Assembly: GCA_038867615.1 (NCBI GenBank)
Contig: JAWBYA010000010.1
Location: 1-41,246, forward strand
From: Sulfolobales archaeon
GTDB lineage: Archaea > Thermoproteota > Thermoprotei_A > Sulfolobales > AG1
Length of the DNA: 41,246 bases
Direction: 5' to 3'
Part shown: piece by piece, positions 1-7,679 of the stretch
How the letters are laid out: the number at the start of each line of letters is the position of its first letter
Numbering within the stretch: position 1 is the first letter of the stretch
The notes under the pieces: model-generated
The model's input: only the letters and a program-made list of their open reading frames with translations
What the model was told of the DNA's origin: nothing
Database searches by the model: none
Translations under genes and position numbers: made by a program

Positions 1-122
1 AGAAGATCCCGAGGATCAAAGAGGATCCCGAGGATCTTTTATTTATAAATGAGGATCTTTAGGTGTGAAGATCTTGGTGCGGCGGCCGGGATTTGAACCC
101 GGGATTTCCGGCGTGGCAGGCC
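1..122 (+). repeat. Left att direct repeat (48 bp tRNA-Gly 3' part at 75..122 plus at least 74 bp of downstream flank)
   Basis: Identical to 41106..41227; identity ends after ...GTGGCAGGCC. Confidence 0.95.
75..122 (-). pseudogene. Partial tRNA-Gly (3' 48 nt) left by integration
   Basis: Anticodon loop to CCA only; 5' half replaced by element sequence. Confidence 0.9.
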
Positions 123-127
123 ACATT

Positions 128-221
128 GATATGAATGGTTGATGAATATCTGATATGAATGGGATCCAGAATCCATATCCATCTCCATACTGGCTTCTAT
201 ATCATGGCAGGCTGATATGAA
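128..221 (+). repeat. GATATGAA repeats inside the left att (putative arm-type sites)
   Basis: Copies at 128, 152 and 214. Confidence 0.5.
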
Positions 222-1154
222 AAACCCTTGGCATCGCTATTGCTGACCTCTCCCCATCCTCAGGTCGTCATTGATCGTCATTCCTTTCGGATGGTTCATT
301 GTTCCCCCCCCCCCATCTATTCGGGTTTACATCTGTCATCTGGGGGGCAGTCGGGGTGGCCAGAGATCCCCCATCTAAAAAAAAACATAACTAAAAAGCT
401 GATAAGCATTAAAAAGCGAGGCTTTCAGTTGTAATCATATATACCACTTTTAGGAATATATAGGCTTGTGATGATGCTATGCCCAAGAGCCCTTTTCAAA
501 ACAAAGCATCACAGGTAAAAGAACATCGATAACCATCGGGGATGAGCGGGTCAGGGAGAAGATCCTAAATATCCTGAAATCGGTTGGCTGGGCTAGGTGT
601 TGCAGGAACACGCCCTCGCTATTCTAGGCTGTTGCAGGACTGATGGTAAGTTTAAATATATGTGAATGCTTGGTGTGGCAAGCATATAAGCATCTAATCC
701 CTAGCCATATTTGATGATGAGGCTAGGAGCATTATTTGTAGCTTTAATGGTTGTGAGCTTAGCTACTTAAGCGGCTTGGTCAAGGCTTCTGCAAAGGTTG
801 GCGGCAATAGTGTTAGGATTAGTTTAGGGGCTTCGTCTTTGTACCTGGGCATGCCTCAAGATCTGAGGTGATCGCCTTTAATGCTGTTTATGAGCTCAGC
901 GATAAAGGTGAGAAGCTATACTTTGACAATTCTCTCGGAGAACCATGTGAAACTAATGGGGATGAAGCTATCAACGCTTTGCTGGATACACTAGATAAAA
1001 ACTTTATGCTTTGTGAAGGGAAAAGTTAAATGGTGAAAGCTTTTTAAGTTACGAGGCTGAGATTAGGGTTGTTAGCGAGAGAGATAAATAGTGAAGTTTT
1101 ATTAAGCTGTTAAGCTTATTATGTGCGACGATAATAAGTATATGGTGATAAGCT

Positions 1155-1664
1155 GTGCTCGGTGAAGAGGAGTTTATCTCAATTCTCTTTTATTTGGCTG
1201 GTGGTAGGATAAAGGGCTTGACGAGGATTCATAAGGTTGTGTTTCTAGTTGAAAAGATCCTGGGAATCAATGTTTTCAGGTTTGAGCCATGGAAGTTCGG
1301 CCCGTGGTCACGAGAGCTTGAAGAATCGCTTAAGAACTTAGAGAAGAAGGGGTTGCTGAGAATATATACTGAGGCTCCCGACATCGCCAGCAAACTTCTT
1401 GGTGAGGCTCCTGTAAAAGTTTGCAAAGCTTCTGCAGAACTCATTGCCGCTGGTGAAGAGGCGTATAAAAAGCTAGCAGATACCGATCCTATTAAAGCCT
1501 TGTACCTGAAAAAACTTGTTCTATCAGCTCTAAGCGTGCCTCTAACATACCTACTAGCATATATCTACTCAAGGTATCCAGAAATGATTATAAAAAGCAC
1601 TATACGAGACAAAGTTGAAGAGTGGAGGAATGTCTATGGACTTAGACTTAGCAAGCAAAGCTGA
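1155..1664 (+). CDS. Panacea/SocA (DUF4065)-like antitoxin-family protein
   Basis: TRIHKVVFL, FEPWKFGPWSREL and LLAYIYSRYPEM motifs. Confidence 0.65.
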   Translation: MLGEEEFISILFYLAGGRIKGLTRIHKVVFLVEKILGINVFRFEPWKFGPWSRELEESLKNLEKKGLLRIYTEAPDIASKLLGEAPVKVCKASAELIAAGEEAYKKLADTDPIKALYLKKLVLSALSVPLTYLLAYIYSRYPEMIIKSTIRDKVEEWRNVYGLRLSKQS

Positions 1665-2610
1665 AGAAGAGAGATCTCAAGCATCTGAAGCAGTGTCGCC
1701 ATTTAGTGAACTACTTAGTGAAATAGATGAGGAAGCTAAGAATGTTGAGAAAGTTCTTGGATGCCAGCTCATAGTCTTAGCGTTCCACGATTCTGCAGGT
1801 ATTGAGAGAAATGTTGTTGACGATTTTGAGTTTTACGTAATGGAAAGGAACTTAAATACTGAGTCAGATGTGTGTATATTGCTTCATACATTAGGAGGAG
1901 ATGCTGATGCAGCATATCATCTAGGCATAAGAATGCAGAACCTAACTAACCAGCAACTAATTATGGTTGTACCAAGGCTAGCAAAATCCGCAGGGACGCT
2001 CTTGGCATGTTCTGGTAATAAAATATTAGCGACGCCAATTACAGAGCTGGGTCCTGTAGATCCACAAGTACAGTTGCCAGGCACAGGGCGCTACGTTTCA
2101 GCTAAGACCATTAGAGACTCTCTTAAACAGGCAATTGAGACAATCAAAGAGACGGGAACTTCAGAAGAGCAGATAGTGGGGGCGGTGTTTTCCGGCATAC
2201 CTATAGCGGAAATGGGGCACTATGAAAGTCTTCTAAACCATGTGAAGAGCCTCTTAGAAGATATCTTAAGCAGAAGAATGAAGAAAGACAGAAAAGAGGT
2301 TTCAGAAATAGCGGTAAAGCTAACAAAAGGCTATGTATACCATGGCAAGGCTATACACGTAGAAGAGGCTAAAAAGGTAGGGCTCGAAATCGAGATTCTC
2401 ACTGGTGATAAATTGAAGGCTGTATACAATATATATCAAACGTTGAAGAGGCTTTTCGATGCCTTAAACGAACAGTTAGAGCCATTAATGTACGTCGCAA
2501 AGATTCCACTCCCAGTAAGACCGTACAAAATACAGCTTGGACTTATATATATGCCGTCCATAGAGGCTGGCTCGCCCGAGCTCTCCATATCTTCAAAACA
2601 AAGGGATTAA
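1636..2610 (+). CDS. SDH-family Clp-fold serine protease
   Basis: LHTLGGDADAA, AKSAGTLLA (catalytic Ser), ELGPVDPQ (Asp), HGKAI (His); GGAGG before ATG 1636; overlaps the upstream gene. Confidence 0.88.
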   Translation: MDLDLASKAEEERSQASEAVSPFSELLSEIDEEAKNVEKVLGCQLIVLAFHDSAGIERNVVDDFEFYVMERNLNTESDVCILLHTLGGDADAAYHLGIRMQNLTNQQLIMVVPRLAKSAGTLLACSGNKILATPITELGPVDPQVQLPGTGRYVSAKTIRDSLKQAIETIKETGTSEEQIVGAVFSGIPIAEMGHYESLLNHVKSLLEDILSRRMKKDRKEVSEIAVKLTKGYVYHGKAIHVEEAKKVGLEIEILTGDKLKAVYNIYQTLKRLFDALNEQLEPLMYVAKIPLPVRPYKIQLGLIYMPSIEAGSPELSISSKQRD

Positions 2611-3532
2611 AATAGATATAAGCGATAGGTTTCGAGAAACTTCTTAAGTTTTAAGAGCAGCAATTTCTTTCCTCACATTCACTACCATTAACATAATGGA
2701 CTTCAGGGCTTGGAGGGCTGATTAAACGAGTTTCGCAACCAACGCTTGCAGATGAACGTAGAGGTCTATATAGTACATGTTATAGCTATAAAGACCTTAT
2801 CGATGGTTGTGAGCAAAGTATTGGCAAGGGCTTAAAGCGCCCTTAGGATCCCAAATTTGGGCTCTTGGGAGAGTGGAGGCGGCTGCACCATCACACCACT
2901 TTTAATGTTATAGTGTAAAGTATAAAGCGTAAGTGAAAGGCAGAAGTGTAAAAACGTTGATGAACTGATTTTATACTCAGATTTTATAATTTGATTTTAT
3001 AGTAACAGCTTGAGTGAGTATCAGGATCTGGGTATATGTGGGGAGATGTCTTGTGAGCAAAACGGACCTTTGTCTTGGGGTCGAGACAGGGTTGCACTGC
3101 ATGCTTTAGGTCGCTTATGGGGGTGGGCCTTGCTCTGAACCCCAGATCTGGGGTTTAATTGATATGTGCCTTGTAACCATCTTGTATACAAGATAGGCCT
3201 AGCAGCTCCGAAGAGTTTGAATCACCTAGTCTATGTTATCGCATCTCTTCTAAGCTGCAAGACTTAGCGTTCAGCCTAGATTAGGCCCAATACTGTTGTA
3301 ATATTAAATAGTAAGGACAAGCCTCGTCTTTAAAGTATAGAGTAGAGAGGAGAGTAATGATCCGAGGCATAGAGACGATGCTAGATAACCTGGAATAGGA
3401 GAGAGAATGTAAGAGACTCTATCTAACTAAGCTCAATAGATATAGAAAAAGCTGTTAAAAGAGTATAAATAAAAGATCGGTATAAAAGATAGTTCCTATA
3501 AATAAAGGGTTCTGGTTCCAATAAACTAATGG

Positions 3533-4630
3533 CTAGGATGTTAAAGCCCTTTGAACAATCCTCTTGAACTCCTCAAGCCCAGGGCTTCCTGGTCTAACCC
3601 CCTCAACAACTATTACCCCTATGTGCTCAAGATCCCTCTTCAAGAGGGGATCAATGTTATAGGGTGAGACGAGCACATTCGTCTTGGGCTTATAGTTCTC
3701 CACATAATCCTTCATTTGTTGTAGGATCTTCTTTTCCCGCATCTCTTGGGGAGCAACCTTGCACTCAACTAGGAGGTCTGCTTCAGCTATATCATTTAGG
3801 GAGCTGTAATTCCCCCTAGCCACAATGATATCCGGTCTCACGTGGATTCTCGTCTTCGTGAATGCACCTGCTAGGTGAACCATTTCATGTATTTGGGGTT
3901 CGAAAAAGAATGTGTAATAGTTGTTATTTCTAGATCTGGCTACAAAGGCTGGGCTGGGCTTGCCCTGCTCTATCCACCATGTTGGCTTAGTCCTGTGCTC
4001 GTGTTTCAAGAACCCTTCGACCATTAAAGCCTTAGAAATTAGCACTATTACCCATAACTGGTAGATCCAGGAAACCAGCTTCCCTAAACATCTCATCCTC
4101 GCCTGATCGCTTTGAAGAACCATACACCTAATTATCCCCTCATCTACACTACCTAAGAATGTTGATGTTGTCTCGGCATGTCCAGGGAAGAAGATCTTAA
4201 AGTCCATTACACTACTGTAGCTCTTGATCTCATTGACGATTGAAGTATAGAACTCCTTAATATTCCTCACAAACTTCAACAACTTGGGATCTTCGATCTC
4301 AAATTCTAGGTTCATGAGCTCTTCAGACCTCACAGTCTGCAATAGTGTGTGATCAGGGATCCCTGGATACTTCGATCTGAGAAAAGCCTCAACAGAGCAC
4401 TTATGGAAGAGCAGATATCCATTATTGGTGAACCTGAACTCATAGATCTCCTTCCCCCTAATACTCTGAACTGGCACTAAGTATTCATACGTCGGCCCTC
4501 GCCTGCTCTTATACACCTCATTTTTAGAGATCGCATACTTATCGATCCTCTTAAGAATTACCCCCTCTCTAACGTAGTAATATCTACCTCCTCTACTACC
4601 CCTCCACTCCTCTTGAATAACTATGCTCAT
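3533..4630 (-). CDS. Protein with C-terminal PD-(D/E)xK restriction-endonuclease-like domain
   Basis: RPDIIV...DLLVECK motif; start reassigned to ATG 4630 after GGTGA. Confidence 0.7.
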   Translation of the reverse strand: MSIVIQEEWRGSRGGRYYYVREGVILKRIDKYAISKNEVYKSRRGPTYEYLVPVQSIRGKEIYEFRFTNNGYLLFHKCSVEAFLRSKYPGIPDHTLLQTVRSEELMNLEFEIEDPKLLKFVRNIKEFYTSIVNEIKSYSSVMDFKIFFPGHAETTSTFLGSVDEGIIRCMVLQSDQARMRCLGKLVSWIYQLWVIVLISKALMVEGFLKHEHRTKPTWWIEQGKPSPAFVARSRNNNYYTFFFEPQIHEMVHLAGAFTKTRIHVRPDIIVARGNYSSLNDIAEADLLVECKVAPQEMREKKILQQMKDYVENYKPKTNVLVSPYNIDPLLKRDLEHIGVIVVEGVRPGSPGLEEFKRIVQRALTS

Positions 4631-5115
4631 CAATCTCACCGCTAGTCGCCTAGGGCTTATTGCCCTACGGATCTTTGGAGCCAGAAGGATACCATAGAAT
4701 ATATAGGCCTCTAGGTTTATAAATTTGCTATAAATGATTATGAAAACTGAAACAGCTCCCAATATTCAGTTCTAACCCAAAATCCATAAGGTTACCTCGA
4801 TCCTGAGGTTTTTATATAACCTTATCTCCAAATTTTTACCTATGGTTAGAAATATCTAGATCTTGGGGTTTTGGTTCATCTCATTTCTTCCAAGCACTAA
4901 CGCTTGGCTTCTTGAACAAACGCAAGCGATAACCCTTCTATAGAATAAAAGGAGCGATGGCCAGCAGGATGATCTACTATAGAATTGAAGGTTGAACCAA
5001 GCAGCCCGCTCTTGAATTCTAGTCCAAACTTCCAGATCGGGTTTAGCTAGGGTTACTGCTTAAATACCGCTGGCTCCCTGGTTTTAAGCTCTTCCATGTT
5101 TCTGTGGGGGTTGGC

Positions 5116-7215
5116 ATGGAGGTCTTGGATCTTGCTTCTAGGCTTCTCGGCTTCTTCCTATGGCTTGGATGGGGCCTCGGGATAGCTGTTATGATCGCTG
5201 GGGGGATAGCATATGCCCTTGCAAGGCCCGGGCTTGCAAGGATCTTGATAGTCTCTGGCCTCGCATCTATCCTTGTATATGCCTATTTCCCGGGGCTCTA
5301 CGATGCAATAGCCTCTGGCCTTTTATCTAGCACAAAAGATCTTCTGTCTGCTTCGAGCACAGCGATCTATATTCTAGGGTTTTCAGCCATAGTTGCCGGG
5401 GGGATATATATTGCTCTGGGCAGCTGGGGCAGGGGTGTCCAGCTGCTTGGGGGCTCGCTGTTAATGGCTATACTGGCGATGGGGATCCCAGCCCTCTTCC
5501 AGATCTCATCAACAGGTTTTTCCCAGGGTCTTGATATAAGGCTCTCAGTGGATCCGCAGGTTATCCAGCCAGGGGGTTCTGTGAGGCTCTCGATAGGAGT
5601 CTCAGGGGGTTCTCCCCCGTATAGCGTTGAGATCGACTGGGGAGACGGCTCGGTGGATAGGATATCCTCCAACGGCTATTCAGAGGCCCTCCACAGCTAT
5701 TCAGGTGCTGACAAGGGCTACAGGATATATGTTAGGGCTTGGGATGGGAGGGGAGCATATGGATCTTCTGTCGCTAGCGTTGCAGTTGCAGCTGCACCCG
5801 CCATCCCATGGCCCTTCTCATTCATAGCTGATATGTTTCTAGGCGTTTCAAGGGTTTTCGTGGGCTTTATAGGGGCTCCGATAGGGTTGTTGATAACGAG
5901 CCCCTTGATACCTGTGGATGATAGCGACCCTCTTTTCAGGGCTTGGAGCCTTATCGCCACAGCAAGCCTAGCTGGCTTCGGATTGTTCCTGGCTTTCAAC
6001 ACGGCTTACAGGGCTTTCAGGGCTGAGGATATCGGTGGATCCCTTGCGGAGTCTCTGAAGGAGGGTGTTTTCGCAGCCGTGCTCATATTGATAGCTATCC
6101 CCCTCTACAACGCCACAGCCTCCCTCCTCAACTCGGTGGCATGGATGATCATTGAGCCCCACATGGCGAGCATAGGCTCCGGCTTCGCCCTTGTTGCTGG
6201 GCTCTTCGCCCTCAGCCTTGTAACGGGTTACTTCATACCCGCGTTGGCTAGTCTAGGGGCTTTCCTGGCGCTCTCAAGCATATTCCTAATAGCCATAGCC
6301 CTTGTGAGATATTACTTGATAGCAGCGCTTGTCGTTGGATCGCCACTGCTCATCATAGCCTGGCTACACCCAGGGCTGAGAGGTGCTGTCCAGGCTTTGC
6401 TGGGGGTTTTGGCAGCCCTGATGCTTATGGGGCCGATAGCCTCTATAGCCCTCTCAGCCCTCTTCTCAGGGGCTGGGAGCGCTGGTGGGGAGGCTGGTGC
6501 TGTTGCTGCATATCTAGCATCCCCCATAATACTTGCCCTCCTACCGCAGATCCTAGGCTCTCTCGGCCTATCCCTCCCAGGCGCGGGGTTTGTCTCCAGG
6601 ATAGCTTCTCTCATACCGAGCGCCAGGGGTTCTGGGCAGGCTACTGCTACAAGCACTTCTAGCACTGCGCAGCAGGGCTCTCCAAGCGGTGCCCGCATCG
6701 CCGTGGTTAGGGCGGCTCCTGTGATATCTAGGGAGGTTTTTGAGAGGGGGAGGAGGAGATCCCCTGAGAGGATCGAGATCCCCGCAGCCTCTGGAAAGCC
6801 CCTCGGCTATAGGGTTGAGGGGGTGAAGGTGGATGCCGAGGTGCTTGGAAAAGCCGATGAGGAGATCCTAGGGGTCAGGGGGGTTGAGAGGATTCCGGGA
6901 GAGAGAAAGGAGATCCTTGTGAAAGCCGAGGAGATAAGGGATATCGAGGAGAGGAGGAGAAAAACCCTGGAAGCCCTTGAAAGAGCAAGGAGAGGGGGAG
7001 ACCCAGTGGCAGAGATAGCCCTATCGAGAGAGGCAGAATACCTCGGCGAAAAGCTAAGAACCCTTGAAAAGGGGAGAGCAGTGCTGATAAAAACAGGGGC
7101 CAGAGAAGCCATAGACATAGCGAGAGAAGCAGCGAAACAGCTAGCAACAAACACAAAGACAATGGCAACAAAAATAGCGGAGGAGATAAAGAAACAAACA
7201 AAAACAAAACAATAA
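5116..7215 (+). CDS. VirB6/CedA-like polytopic membrane protein with PKD domain and charged C-terminal tail
   Basis: Many TM segments; PKD motif GGSPPYSVEIDWGDG...HSY; transfer-gene context. Confidence 0.65.
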   Translation: MEVLDLASRLLGFFLWLGWGLGIAVMIAGGIAYALARPGLARILIVSGLASILVYAYFPGLYDAIASGLLSSTKDLLSASSTAIYILGFSAIVAGGIYIALGSWGRGVQLLGGSLLMAILAMGIPALFQISSTGFSQGLDIRLSVDPQVIQPGGSVRLSIGVSGGSPPYSVEIDWGDGSVDRISSNGYSEALHSYSGADKGYRIYVRAWDGRGAYGSSVASVAVAAAPAIPWPFSFIADMFLGVSRVFVGFIGAPIGLLITSPLIPVDDSDPLFRAWSLIATASLAGFGLFLAFNTAYRAFRAEDIGGSLAESLKEGVFAAVLILIAIPLYNATASLLNSVAWMIIEPHMASIGSGFALVAGLFALSLVTGYFIPALASLGAFLALSSIFLIAIALVRYYLIAALVVGSPLLIIAWLHPGLRGAVQALLGVLAALMLMGPIASIALSALFSGAGSAGGEAGAVAAYLASPIILALLPQILGSLGLSLPGAGFVSRIASLIPSARGSGQATATSTSSTAQQGSPSGARIAVVRAAPVISREVFERGRRRSPERIEIPAASGKPLGYRVEGVKVDAEVLGKADEEILGVRGVERIPGERKEILVKAEEIRDIEERRRKTLEALERARRGGDPVAEIALSREAEYLGEKLRTLEKGRAVLIKTGAREAIDIAREAAKQLATNTKTMATKIAEEIKKQTKTKQ

Positions 7216-7385
7216 GAGAAAAACAAAGAACAAAGACGGTGGGTGTGGTGTTCTTGTGGTGTGGCAATATCCAAGCAATATCCGGGCAACAGGGCGCCAG
7301 AGATATATATCTCTATGGCACTGTGATAGCACAGCAATGGCATAGGCTGTTTATAAGCATATCCCCACCATCTGTTGGTGGGGAT

Positions 7386-7679
7386 ATGGGCTCGGAGCAC
7401 GAGGCAGCCCTGATCTTCATAAGGAGGAGACCCGACTACATGGCTGTGATCGAATGCATAGGCGAGGATGGGGCTACATGGGCGGAGGTGATTAGATGCA
7501 TGCTATCCAGGGGAGCAGTCTCAAGCATAGGGGGTGCGAGGCACAGGATAGCCCAGCTGGAGAGATACGGCGTGGTGGAGAGACATATATTCGGGAGAAA
7601 CGTTTTCCTAACCCTCAGCAGGGGCTTTCTAAGAACATGGAGGAGATCTAGTCAAGGGCATCGAGGGAGGAGACCCTGA
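7386..7679 (+). CDS. Winged-helix DNA-binding protein
   Basis: ATWAEVI...ARHRIAQLERYGVVER...FLTLS pattern; GGGGA before ATG 7386. Confidence 0.6.
   Translation: MGSEHEAALIFIRRRPDYMAVIECIGEDGATWAEVIRCMLSRGAVSSIGGARHRIAQLERYGVVERHIFGRNVFLTLSRGFLRTWRRSSQGHRGRRP

Noticed and set aside
228-1030. Short ORFs and a C11 tract near the left end
   Set aside because: Fragmentary with no recognisable family; possibly decayed genes
2611-3532. 900 bp intergenic region as ncRNA or origin
   Set aside because: No convincing repeat, structure or ORF seen
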